64,000 nt of DNA, from the NCBI GenBank assembly GCA_965649765.1, contig OZ287753.1, positions 9,052,001-9,116,000 of the forward strand, given 5' to 3'. This DNA is from Bispira polyomma. Taxonomy: Eukaryota. Made by a program: the position numbers and the translations under genes. Numbering within the stretch: the stretch's first letter is position 1; each line of letters starts with the position of its first letter. Below the pieces are notes generated by a model that saw nothing but the letters and a program-made list of their open reading frames with translations, searched no databases and was not told the DNA's origin. Below, in pieces: positions 37,211 through 51,184 of this stretch.

Positions 37211-40200
37211 TATACTTCACAGACATCCCTCTCCAGATATTAGTCCTGCCAACTAAAGTGATCAGATGTGTTTTGTCTAGTCAATTTTTGTAAGTAAGAT
37301 ATTTCAATGATACATGTACTCGTGTTCACATTATATATACTTGCTGTATGCCCCTTAACTCTACAAAAATATCTCTAATAAGAACTGTTGCATATTATTG
37401 TGATTTGAATAAATTTGCATTAGACAATAAAGAAAAAATCAGCAGGAAAATATTATTTTGAGTCATGAAAATTCTCAGAAAGGAGGATATATAACGCTGC
37501 TTAAAATAACTTAAAATAAATTTAGATTCTAATAACACCTTGAACCTTATTCATGATCAACAACATTAGGTTAACCATTTAAAATAACAAGCCCTGAACC
37601 AAATTGCAGATAAGAAAATCCTGACTGTATTCAGTAACTAGTCCAGATTTAAAAATTTATATCAAACCTAAATAATGCAGTCTTCATAGAATAGAACAGT
37701 GAATTCTTACCAATGTAATGACACACAGTTAATAGTATGTATTCAAAAATATATCAGCTAGTTGAACAAAACATGAGCGCAAAATAGAGTAGAAAATGTA
37801 TTTACTACAAATTAAGTTTAAAGCTTGTTTTATAAAGAATTTATATCCAGATGCCAATAATTATGCAGTATATCATATGTATGATACAATTGTTGAGTCA
37901 TTTTATTTCTAAAATTTGAAATTGGATGAACTCTGAACATCCATATATTTCTATGAGTTTATTTGGTGAAAATTAAAAAAATGACTATTGTTTTTATAAT
38001 ATTAAAATGGGATTTTTTCCACAAAGTCATTTACGTTATTGCATAATGCTGCCATCAATGTTCATCACTAATAGTAGCCTTTCTTTGGATCCAATTGTGT
38101 GACCTATCTAGTAAAATTTGTTCATCATGCACACACAGCTTAAAAGAAAAATAGCAAAAAAATGGGTTATTAAGTATGCTGTAGAAGTCTTCTTAACTTA
38201 ATTCCAAACCCCAAAATAGGCTTATTATAATGAATATTTTTTATTTGAAAACAAATGCTTGATATTACATGGAGTCAGATAAAGCCACTGTTACAGGTTC
38301 GTAACCTATTGTGTGAAAACAATACACACACTTGTTGGTCACCAATGTAGGGATGGGATACAGACCATATTAGAATCATATAAGTTTTAGAATAGATCTG
38401 CATGCAGGACTACTGCAAGAATATGTTTTTAAAAACTATTTGACACTTAGTGTAGAGTTAATTTTAGGATAGTCCTGTTTAGCTTGGCAATTCGAAAAGA
38501 ACGCAACACTGTCAGTGCAATATAAACTTTTCCTCAATGTTACCCTTAATTTAATTAATAAAAAGGTTTGCCAAATAAATGCATGTGGGATAAAAAGACA
38601 GACAAACTTTGCATAATATTTCTTATAATCCAGCATTTTACAGTCAAGCAATACCATCCGTACATCAACATCAGCTACAATTATTGTACTGAATTTTCTG
38701 ATAAAGGTTTATATACCTGTAATTACCTTATACATATCACCTGGTACATGCTGTAATCGAATATTCATTGTATCAATACCCAATGAGACCGCTTATGAAA
38801 TCCCCTAACCGTTTGTCAGATGATGGTTTCAAACAAGTTTAAAATTTTGGCTCTCCAGGGACGGTTCAAATTAAACCACCTGTTGCAGTTGATTGACAAC
38901 CTCAGACTGTAGCTCAACCATTCTCTATAACCATCTCAGTCCAGTTCTAGTCACTTTAAACTGTCTATTACCATTGGTGGAATATTTGCAGATGGTAGAG
39001 CACAGAGATAGGTAAGAGACGCTGAGGTGCTCCCATCTGGTAGACTCATAGTAAGAGGGGTTAATCCCGGCGATTGAAGCGGTGAGAAGCGGTGGCAAAG
39101 CGGTGGTCAAGCATGGCGAAGCAGTGGTGAAGCTATTGTGTTTGGGTGACATCAGGTGACAGGGGGTGACCATATATGGTAGTAACGGTTTGGAACGTTG
39201 TCCTATATATAGCGTACATGCGCATATCACAATCATTTCATTTTGCAGTGTCAGTGGTTAAGTGTGTTTTGAGGGTTTACTTAAACTGGTGTACCATATG
39301 ATTTTTTTAATGGATCTTAACCTGGACCTCGAGATCCTGTATGGCTCTAGTGGACTGGGGGAATGGGGGACCAAATATGACGAGAAAGGCCAAGCTACAC
39401 CTGGAAGATGTTGGGGAGGACATGCTCATTGACAGGGTCTGAGATAACCTCTGCCTATATAGCAAGGGTTTACAGAAACACCAAAGAAGGGCCAACCTCT
39501 GGGAATACGAGGCTGTTGAGATGAACCTGACCGGTAACAAATAAAAAGATTTAATATGTAATAAATATGTATATAACATGTATTATATCAGAATTAAATA
39601 TGTCGTGAATTTATGATATAAATAATGTATAGATAATGTATAATGACTAAATATGTAATTGGTATATATACAGTGAAGTATGGGTACAAGTGTTTTCTGT
39701 ATTGTGAGGCTGCGGTGGATGATAAACTTTATCCTGTTTTTCCTGTCCATCCAGGATGCGGGGCCTTTAACATTAGGTTTCAGGATGATTAGCCCCCTCT
39801 TGGAGGTAGAGGATGACATCCTGGAGGATTCTCCACCTTGACCAAACATAGGCGATAGCACCACCCCAACTTTGCAGCCTGCAAAGTACAGCAAGAAGGT
39901 TACCAGTACAGAGAGTATGGAGGATCATAAACGAATAGAAACTTTGATGGAGGGCAATGAGGGCACAAGGAAGCCCTTTGAGAGGACGGAGAAGGCTCTG
40001 TGCCAGGCATTATCAGAGAAGTCTACATAGCAACATGGCTGGTGCCAATATTGATGAATAAATCTCTTCCATGGCTTGCAGTCTCTGATGGTTACACCAG
40101 GGTCCTCTCAATGTGTTCACACTACTACTATCCAGGTGCCCAGATATAAAGTCAGAATGAGAAGACAGTTGGCACAAAACATTGTGGATTTAGATTTATA

Positions 40201-42592
40201 ATTACACAAGCTTCACTGAACTGAAGGTTTGAGCTCAACTAAAAGGACAATTAGCAAACCAGATGTAATTTTATTAACAGAGGTACATATCACACAAGAG
40301 AATGTGTATTCTATGTACAAATCATTTAAATATTTAAAATAGATTGCTGACTTACATATTTTAATACAGAACCAATATTGTATCAATGGAGGTATGAAGA
40401 ATCAAGGACATGAGCAGTGCTGTGTTTTGTATATAAGTGGCTGATATCATCAAATAGGTTATCTTCGAAAAAATGTCTGGCAGGTGATTCAAAATACCAG
40501 ACACCGTTTTTCTTTGTGTTGGTTTTTTTATGAAATATATATTTTTGTTGTAATAGCTTCCCATGAGGGGGTACAATTTTTTTTTTTGTTGACAGTCTTG
40601 CAACTATTAGGTATTTTAAGTAGATGTATCTTGTATGGAAGAAAAAATAATATTTTCTAAAATTGCAAACACTGACTAAAGAAACGTAATAATGCATTAT
40701 TTTACATAAAATGCTGTCCTGTTCAGTCTGTTTAAGATTTTTTAAGAAATCGTTTTTCTGGTGTTCTTTCAAAGTCATTTTTCTTCTAGTTAATACCCCA
40801 AGCTACAACCATGTCTAATAACAACTATTAACTTATTAATAAAATAAATAAACCAAAATCATTTACCAGTGAGTTGAAAGCCTCACACGAACATGTTTAT
40901 GGTATTTTACTTTTCTGTGTCAACATCTTTAGAACAGTGGATAAGATCACCTGGTTCAGAACCTGCTAAGTACTGGTAAGGTAAACCATAGGGCAGTGTA
41001 GGTATGTACAAACTATACTATAGCTGTAAATATATAGTCCTGCTTATAACTGGTCAAAACTCAAAGTAAAAAAGGTACTTTGTAGTTATGTTTGGTTAAA
41101 AATAAAATACAACACCTATAACAAAAGTAAAGACTTTCCTTTAAACAAAAGCTGATAATTATGGTCATTTGGCACACAGATTACGATTTGCAGCACCAAC
41201 TAACCTTTTCATGTCTCCCTAAATACAACCAACCGGCATCGGTCACTGTCATTCTGATAACTAACTGTGGACAGATGCTTGGGGATGAGCAATTTATATT
41301 GGGGAAACTTTTTCCTGGCTATTTCTTGCAAACCAAGAAGCTTTGGAAGTTTATATTTGGTACGTACAAATATTGCTTACAGGGGGTAGATGTGCAAGAG
41401 TATGGTCTAATTTTATCTCAAGGCCGAGGGGTTTACGAAATATGCGAAGCTACTTTCAGAATCTGTCCTATAGGTGTCCAAATGATATTACCAAACAGAG
41501 GTTTGCTTTCCCAAAATGTAATCGAATCTGTCTTTACCAAATTTTACATTGAACCTAATGGCTTAAGTATATTATCTTTAGCTTAGCTATTTAAAACAAG
41601 AATATCTAACTCGTTATAAGTCATACATACATCCACCAAGGAGGTTAAGTTTACCCATGTCTTGTGGTTGGTTTGTCACTAGGATTACACTAAAACCACT
41701 TAACCAATTTACATACAATTTTGTGGATGGATGGCGTATGGGCCAGGGATCAGATCTGGAGAGTAGGAGAAATAAAAAATTGATTTTCACTTATTGACAC
41801 TGTGGTGCCTTTTCTACCAGTCTTTTACTTAAGTGTCAGATTTCTTGATTGATATGTCATTGTATAGTTTTGCATGGCAGTATAGTTTACTGGTAATCAG
41901 GTCAATACAACATCTTCACTCAATGTATTTTGTGACAAATCTCTGAATGACTTTTAATTTTCAGTAGGCATATGCCCATGATATAATCATATGATGTTTG
42001 TTAGTGGATCTATAATAAAGGACAAGAACATCAGTTGGTAATAACAAAGGAGATTATTACAAGTTCAACAACCAGAGGTTCCAGTAAAATGGAATCAAAA
42101 GTGAATTTTGTGCATTGAACATTATGTAACGATAATATGGAAATATATCAAAAAATTGATCGCACGGATATAAAGTTTGGTAGGGTGGTTCAAACACTAT
42201 GATTGACAGTACATGGACATGAACCCCATTGGCTTCTTCCCCAATGTTTGCTGCACATTTATTATAAGTACTTTACTGTCAATCAATAAGTCATTTTGGT
42301 TACATTAATACAATTTCTCATTATGTTTGAAATAGTTCATCATTTGCACTATTGTTTTTCATTTTAACATTTTCATATCACACTGAGAAATTTTTAATCT
42401 ATAATAAAAACAGTTAATAAACTTATTTATTCAATTTTTTAATTAAAAAAACATCAAAAAAACAAATATAATAACATATCGTAGGCAATGTATCAAATTT
42501 AAGAGTTTTATATGCCTTATGTACAACACATGAGCTATCTGCATATTCAAGTGTATTAATGGTGGTGTCCAGCTCCAAAAAAGTGGCTTCCT

Positions 42593-45500
42593 TTAATTGT
42601 TCCCAGGTTCACCTTTTCTGCCACGTGCACCACGCTCTCCAGGAAGACCAGGCCGGCCTAGGAATACAAAAACTAGAAGTTGTTAATTGAGAAAGAAAAA
42701 ACAAATTGTGTGTGGTCTATATGGTGGTTAACATATTAATGCAGCATAATGGGCACTAACCCTCGACAAAGTTATGTGTGTGTAACAAGAATAGATTTAC
42801 TGAATCACATGCTTTGTTTGATATATCACTTTTATGCTATTGACTTTCTGGTGATGAACTAAAGCATCTGTAAGAATGACTTCAGTCAATTTGGTGCGAA
42901 AAATTTTAAATATAGAGTCAATATTATTTTAACTTTGTCACTTCTTCTTACAAATTGCTGTGATTTGTATTTCAAGCCTCTTTATTTTGTGAAAGATGTA
43001 AATCCTGTGACAGCAGTGATCAGGCTGACGTTTTGTCCAATCTTGGTATTTTGTCAAATATCCTAAACTTCAAGAATAATATCATGATTTTTCTATATAA
43101 GAAAGATATTTAAAATCTGACATATTTTTATTCCTTGCTGATGTCTCTGTTTAATATAATGACAGAATGTCTAAGCCTATTTCGATTAATTTTGTATACC
43201 TATATGTATGTTATTTGGCAGCTTATCTAAGCCTATTACCATTAATACAGTATACCTATATGTATCTTATTTGAGTTTAAGCATGAGTTTAAGTTTTAGA
43301 TCATTGATAAATATACTAACATACTAACTTACCATCTAATCCTCGATCTCCTTTAATACCAATGCCAGTGTCACCTTGATCTCCTTTCATTCCATCACGT
43401 CCATCCCGTCCTGGTAATCCCATGTCACCTGTAAAAAAATTTATAGTGACACCCAAAATGATATTGACAAGAAAGTGTTTTGATTCCAGGTTGTGTGATT
43501 AAAAGTCACATATGACTGTGGTCTGGAGACATTTCAATCAGCAATCATTATTAACGCTAAAAATTAACAAAGGATCGATAGCCAGAGGCCAGCTTAATTG
43601 GTGATAGTCTTTGAAAGATGAGTTCTTTTGGGCTCTAATTTTGTTCAGTTGCTATCTGTTCACCCATTGGATGTTGAAGGCTTTTTCTTGATGCTAGTAT
43701 TTCAGCTAAAGTGTCGACAAAAGTGTATTTTCTATTTTAACAAATATGATTGAGTTGACTCTAATAATGTTTGGGGCTTTATAACTTGTTGGGATCTATG
43801 AATGGTATAAGTATTACAACAAAAGTATGTCTGAACTGAAACTTTCTGAATTATCATATTTTACTACTGTTTATAAATTTAATACAAATGAGTTGATCTA
43901 TCTGTGTGTTGGTGACATGGTGTGGTATGAAGATAAACTTATAAAAATAAACTGTCGCCTGTCGCCATATAAAAAGGTCAAATTCCTTTCAGATATATAA
44001 ACCTTGTAAATTTATACATTATGTAACATTATCTTTTATATCTTGTATATTAATTGACATGTTAAATAGTGAAAGCTCATGTTTTATTATTTAAACCATG
44101 TTAAATTGTTGTTTCTATCAAATCATAACTGTATGTATTTATAATATATAAGTAAGAGGACATTAATAAAGATATAAAGATGATATGTATACAATCATTA
44201 GTTTAAACCAATGTATATATTGTGTACCTGCTAATACAGGCCATTGGTAGATCTTATCCCAGATTTAAGCTGAGAACTATGCTTCTTTCTATTAACTGTT
44301 GTTCAAACAAACATTAATTTGAGAATCCTGATTTTACATTCACCCAAGAAGTTCCACACTTACAACAACATTGAAAACATTACAGAAACAATTGTCCTGA
44401 CATTTTACACAAACAAAGCCATGAATTTGACTAGAAGTGGTTTTTAAAGGAATGTGACAGCATGGAGCCAGATTGTCTGTAAATTAAAAACACATTCACT
44501 CACATGGGTTCTAATTAAATTTTGACATATGTTCATCTTAAAAAAAATGTCCTTTGTTTTTCTCACAGCAATCTTTCATACTTTATCTTCCCATATATTA
44601 TAACTGCATATTAAAATCCAGGGCAAGTCATTGGTCATCTTGTCAACCAATTAGATAAGGATATGTTTTTATCATGTGAAACATTAGTCACCTTTAGACC
44701 TTAGGGTCCTTAAAGTCACAACCTCAAACACATCTGATGAAATATATTAAAATGTCAAAATAATTTCAATAACTTAAAGTATTTACAAATATTCAGATAT
44801 GCTAAAAATCATACTGTGAGACAGGCTTTAATTCTGTAAATCATAACTCGAAACAGTTTCTAATGTAACATTTCCAAAGAAATATTTTTAAAAATAACCA
44901 AATTTAACTATTATATTGTATTGTATTTCTATATTCATATTTTTCTATATTTCTATATTCAGCATTGTATTTGTGTACTCAACGCTGTATATCCCTGCTT
45001 CATTCAGAACTGCTAATTTACATTTTCTTGACTTGCAAAACTACAACCAGCAAACACTAATAACTGTCATTCCCCTGACTAAAGATAAGCACAATTGGTA
45101 ATCTCCAAGGCTATTTATAGAGTGTCACTGAAGACAGGACCCAATGACTGAGGACCACTATTTTAGAGTTGTATTTTTCTGCCTGTAGTTGGGAGGCCTA
45201 GGTTGTGATTGAACCCGGGTAATCTATGTTCAAAGCTGATTGTGAAACTTATAAGGCCGCTATTGACAGATTATGAAGTGACAGAAGGGAAGAAAATTCT
45301 GACATACCTTTGATACCTGGAAATCCAGGCAATCCATCATCTCCTTTGTCACCCTTTTCACAGATTCCTGTGGGTTAATAGCATATAATACTACAGACAA
45401 TTTTTTATCTAAAATAAGCTCTATAGTAAAAGCTAATGAACAGTGTAAATGTCAGTAACAAGAATTTTCAGTGAAAATATTTTTATTCCAGGTAAATTTT

Positions 45501-46540
45501 CCACAATGTTGTATTCTCAACCTAAGAAACGCAACCTCAAACTAAGATTTAACTGAAGGATGGCGATGTAAAAGTTCCTGTACATAGATATTACCTGTAC
45601 CCATTTCTTTTCCTAGAACTGTCAGCACTGAATTCAAATAGGTAATCAGATTTCATATATGTATCGTCCTTGTAGCCAAAAAGGAGACATTCGAATTAAG
45701 CTTGATATTTTTGAAGAATAGGGCTACAGAGTTGTAGTTACATGTATGAGGTTTGGCTGTGTCAGCTCTTAGTGGGATGGGGTAAGTGATATTTGTTTGT
45801 AGTGAGGTTATATGTATGCCACTCAACTTTAAGACTTGTCACTGTAATAGCAAACCAAGCCTGCTTTCCTGGTTGCTTTGAATAACGGAAGCTTTACTGT
45901 ATACGTACACACAATAAACAAGTTCTTACCACCTGCTGCAGGCATGTCCAGTTTGTGTTGGTCAATCATTTCTTGGATCTTGTTCAGTCTATAGTGTAAA
46001 GTGACCGAGGCTCTGTCAAACTGGTTCTCATCCAGGCGTTCAGGATCTGTACCTAGTGTGCTCACCACATCCTATAAAGCATAACCACATGGCATTATTG
46101 GGCGTCAGTCAATGTATCACTTTCCTATTGCAAAATATACAATACCTCTTATCACAAAATTATCATTATCCAAATACAATATCTGTTTTTTAAAGTCTGC
46201 CTATAATAGAGGTTTCTACTTTTCTCCTGTAGTTCCAATTGATCTCAAGGCAGCATCTAACGCTTTCAAATTCCAAAGAAGGGACAACAATTCTTTTTGT
46301 AATCTGTTTAAAACTGCTAGGATAGTGAGGTTGATGAGGAAGTGTGTGTGTCACTATATGTTTTGTAGAAGAAGAGAACCTTATTTCAACTTACATCTAG
46401 TTCTGTGAGTTTTGTGGAAAGTTTTGTACACAGTTCACTCAGATGTCTGATGTCTGCACGGATGTAGGAAACCATGGCTTTCTCTTGGACCTCATCTCTG
46501 AAGTGTAGCACAAACATCACATGTGTACAGAAAGGAAGAG

Positions 46541-46597
<57 letters not shown>

Positions 46598-48422
46598 TAG
46601 AAATCGTGGTAAAATAAATTTTAGTTGCTAATGTGGCAGTCACACTGTCCACGTTCTATAGGGCCGTGTACTCCCGATGTGAAGACTTGTGTGATCTGGA
46701 GAAAACGTCCAACATCATGTTCAAAACTTCTGTGGGTGATTGTCTCTGAAAGCACATCTTGAGGAAACAAGAGAATGCGGGTGTGGTTGGGGCTTAAAGG
46801 GGCAAAAACAGGGCTTAAACTGCTCAGAACTTGTGTAAACATCACTTCAACTGCTTAAAACTTGTGTGATCTGGCCAGAACTGGAGATATTTAGTGTGAT
46901 CTGGAGAAAAAGTTTCATGAATGTGTGGTGAACTGCTTAGATTTTATCCGGTCTGGGCATAAATACGTCATAAACTGGTGAGATCTGGTCAGAACTGGGC
47001 ATAAACGGGGCTAAACTGGGCATAAACTGGGTATGCAAATATATGCAAATGCAAATGAACATTTTCCCCCAATTCTCTCTCGACCAGACCAGTCGGGAGT
47101 AAACTGATATACATGTGGCAAGAACCCGGACAGTGTGACTGCCGCATTATATGAGTTATATTTAAAATGCCCCTTCACACCACCTTTAAAAAGTAATTTT
47201 AGATCACTGAATCCTAATATGTCAGAAAGTGCTACACAAAATATATTTTATTGCCGAAATTACAGTATTTATTTGGGAATTATACAATTTTATTCGTTTG
47301 AGTGGGATATGTACTAATCAACAGCATCAATACCATGTTCGAATTTCAATAATCGACTACCAAGAAACAGGACATTCAGTGTTACACTGCCACCTTATAC
47401 AAGTACAGCATTATCAGTGAATGCCATTTCAAGGTATACATTGTCAAGAATGTCACTGAGTATCACCTTAACCCCACCACTAAATACAACTTGGACTATT
47501 ACACTATAACTGACTACCACTTTAAGTATAACAAATACCATTGACTACCACTTTATCTAGTACAATAGCACTGACTGCCACTTTAAGTATAACACTAGCA
47601 CTGACTACCACTTTAAGTATAACACTACCACTGACTGCCACTTTAAGTATAACACTATCACTGACTGCCACTTTAAGTACAACACTAGCACTGACTACCA
47701 CTTTAAGTATAACACTACCACTGACTACCACTTTAAGTATAACACTACCACTGACTACCACTTTAAGTATAACAATACCACTGACTCTCACTTTAAGTAT
47801 AACAATACCACTGACTCTCACTTTAAGTATAACACTACCACTGACTACCACTTTAAGTATAACACTAACACTGACTACCACTTTAAGTATAACACTAGCC
47901 CTGACTACCACTTTAAGTATAACAATACCACTGACTACCACTTTAAGTATAACACTAACACTGACTACCACTTTAAGTATAACACTACCACTGACTACCA
48001 CTTTAAGTATAACAATACCAATGATTACCACTTTAAGTATAACAATACCACTGACTCTCACTTTTAGTATAACACTACCACTGACTGCCACTTTAAGTAT
48101 AACACTACCATTGACTACCATTATAAGTATAACACTAGCACTGACTGCCACTTTAAGTATAACTACTTCATATTGCTATAACATTGGTTACATATTAATT
48201 TTAACACTACTACAGACGATAAATATCACACCACCGTCAGACTAACCTAGGAGGTGAAGACACTGGTTGACTTCCAGACACAATTCTGGTCACCATTCTT
48301 TCAACAGAGGCAAGTCTTTCCTGCATATCCTGAGCCACATTACCACTGTCCTGGGTCCATACCCCAGAAATCAATATCCCCAAGCCAAAGGTGGCTACAA
48401 GACAAAGGTACTTTAAAGACAT
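42593..48422 (-). CDS. Collagen-tailed secreted protein gene copy 3, six coding exons, 213 aa
   Basis: GT-AG exons 48422-48247, 46497-46395, 46071-45930, 45367-45308, 43428-43333, 42657-42593 (642 nt, open frame); ends GLD-GRPGLPGERGARGRKGEPGNN*. Confidence 0.9.
46543..46595. repeat. (TA)n microsatellite
   Basis: About 26 TA units; absent at the paralogous site ~31565. Confidence 0.95.
47500..48162. repeat. 30-bp minisatellite, ~22 copies, intronic
   Basis: Same unit as 32120-32662. Confidence 0.95.
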
Positions 48423-51184
48423 TTCTCTCAAGATACCTTAGTTCTGCACACTGAAATTAAGGGATGTGTTTTGTTCGCTCAGCTTGTATCAGCCAAAAAA
48501 TTTACATAGACTTGTACACAACTCTTATATTACTTGCTTGCAGGCTTTGTGCACTTATCTCTACAAATATGTACAACAATGAAGATGGCTGTATTATAAT
48601 AAAATTTTAATAAATTTGCATAATGAAATAAAAACAAAACAAATCTGGAGAACAATATTATTTTTAAGTCATGGAATTTCTTGGAAACAAGGATGTATAT
48701 CATTGTTCAGAAGTAGTTCAACCAAGTTATAACAAGACACTGAACCTTATCAGTATTTAAATAACACACTTTTTTAGTGTGTAACTGCATAAACTGAAAA
48801 TCTCAGGCTGTGCTGAGTGATGAGTCAATGGGCATGCTGCTAGAACGCCGCTCAGTAGACTGCATACCTCAGCTAAAGTGCCACTGTCCCAAACAACAAA
48901 AAACAAAATCCTGGATCTGGACTTTTACCTGGATTTATCGTTGGCCCAGTGCCTCCTCCATTCCCTACATCAAATGTTATTTCAATTCAGTAATTTAATG
49001 TTTTCCAAATTGGTAATATTCTGTCATATCATATTTTACTAGAACTCCACATTTATTGTTCATTCAGTGCATTTGTTTACTAAAATTATAGCCTCAATTA
49101 AATAGATCAAATTTGACGCTGATAACACTGACCTCCTCCCCCCAGGAGTTCACCTAGTAGGTACCTAGACTTACTAAAAGTAGATTTTAGATGTTGGTTA
49201 CAAACCAAGGAGTATTTAGGAGTGTTTTTCTAATTTTCCGTGTTAATATTCTAGGCAACTGCATATCACCCAGTGATTAAGTGAGGTGTCTAAGATGGCG
49301 GTTTTCTCTGTTTAATCTGACATATCACCTACTGATTAAGTGAGGCGTCTAATATGGCAGTTTAGTATCTGACACACCTCTGTTTGGACTGGTCGATTGC
49401 TGCCAACCAATCCATGAATGCCTTACTTATTATTTCTAAGATGGTGGCCCCTATTTCAAAATGAAAACAACATCAGGCTGCACCTGATCATAACAAATGC
49501 TAATACTCCTGGTAGTGGTATACCAGAAATTCAGAAATTCCTTTTGCTTCCGGTCAAGCAACAGTTTGTATATAAGATAGCTTACCATTATTTACAAAAT
49601 CATTCAACCTAAACTATGCCAGTATACATGCCAAGCAAACGCCAGACACAGCAGCAACTAGCAGTAACCCTATGTAAACAAAACTTGCACGTCCTCCATT
49701 TACAATAAAATAGTTAAAAAAACAAAGGTTTAGTGTGTTAACTAATTTTGTCATGATCTGTAAAAAGAAGTGGATAGCATCTTGGACAAGTTGCTATTAC
49801 ACAATTAGAATAATTAGGTATAGCAAACAACTCTGCCACAAACAGCTGCACAACAGATAACTCTGTCTAGGGGAGTACCGTAGAGAAGCGCTTTTTGTTC
49901 TATCGTGAGATTTGTTGATAAAGAACAATGTACACATCTAAAATACAAATTCAAACACAAGTAAGCCTTTTTGTCTATACGTTCAGCTTATCTAAATGGA
50001 TACTTTGAAAAATAGAGAAATCCAAGAGGGTTGTCTAACTTTGCAGAAAATTCTGACGTCTTTTTTGAACGATGATTTTTAAGCCACTTTCATTTTATTT
50101 TCCTTTCTTGATTACAAATGTACCCTAAAGAAATATATATTATCAAAAGTTTCATCAAATGCATATAATTAAGGAAAATATATAAGCAAATACATGCAAT
50201 CAGACAGGATATCATTGTCAATGTAATTTAGCAGTTTATATTGTGCAATTAGTATGAGTTTTAATAATGTTAAAAAGTGTTCTTAATGACTGTGCCTTTA
50301 ACCTGTCACAGCCCATAATAAAAAATAATATACGCATTTATGGAATTTTGATCAGGCGCAGCAGAATGTTGTTTCCATTCTTGAAAAGGGCACTGTCCTC
50401 TTAAAAATAGTATATAAAACCCTCATGGATTGGTTTAAAGTAATTAACCCGTCCAAACTAACAGGTGTCAGATTCGCCTAAATATATAATGGCCAGATCG
50501 ACATCAATGTATTTCATATGGTGCATTCTTTTTTAAAGACAATTCTTGTCTTTTTTTTACTTTGTTTGTAACAGAAGCGTCCCAATATTTTATAGCTATA
50601 GGAGTCCAAGCCGGAAATAATTGTCTCTGATAATTATAAGAAGTGGCTAAGTATATATTTCAACATTAGGGATTACGAAATCCTTTCCTCATTATTATAA
50701 TTACAGTAAACTAATTATTAATATGATTTTTTCAACAGGATTTATTGATGCTAGGCATCTTCTAAAGCGCAACAGCAGAATCATTGATCCAATCGTAAAA
50801 TCCATGGGTATAGCAAAGTCATAAGGAAGGGAGTGGGAGGGTTTACTCCCTGGCAAAAGTACAGAGCATTGATCTACGAAACATAGATAGCCTTACTATA
50901 ATACTAACAATAGTCGTTGATTATCTGGAGTGGCCATTTGTCAATACTTGTGGAGCATTGATTTGTTGACATGATAAGCCACACAATGGAGTGGTTTCGG
51001 TTTCACAGATTGATGTCCAGCTAATTAGATTCTCTGCAGTAGAATTGATTGTTGACACACTAATGTATAAGGTGTGGTGATATATTCACAGACAATTGTT
51101 GTTGAACACTGCTTTCTAAAGGCGACATAAGCTACAATTTTAAATACAAAAACTAAGCTTCAAAACTCCAGTTACAAAGTCATC

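Larger units (their letters stand above)
22200..37310. repeat. Tandem segmental duplication unit I (~15 kb)
   Basis: Anchor ctcgtgttcacattatatatacttgctgtatgcccc at ~22228, ~37318 and ~56574; colinear similarity throughout. Confidence 0.92.

Noticed and set aside
47522-48245. 209-aa and 234-aa Val-rich / Thr-rich ORFs (also 32103-32650)
   Set aside because: Artefacts of a stop-free 30-bp minisatellite inside an intron; open on both strands, with no unique coding flanks.
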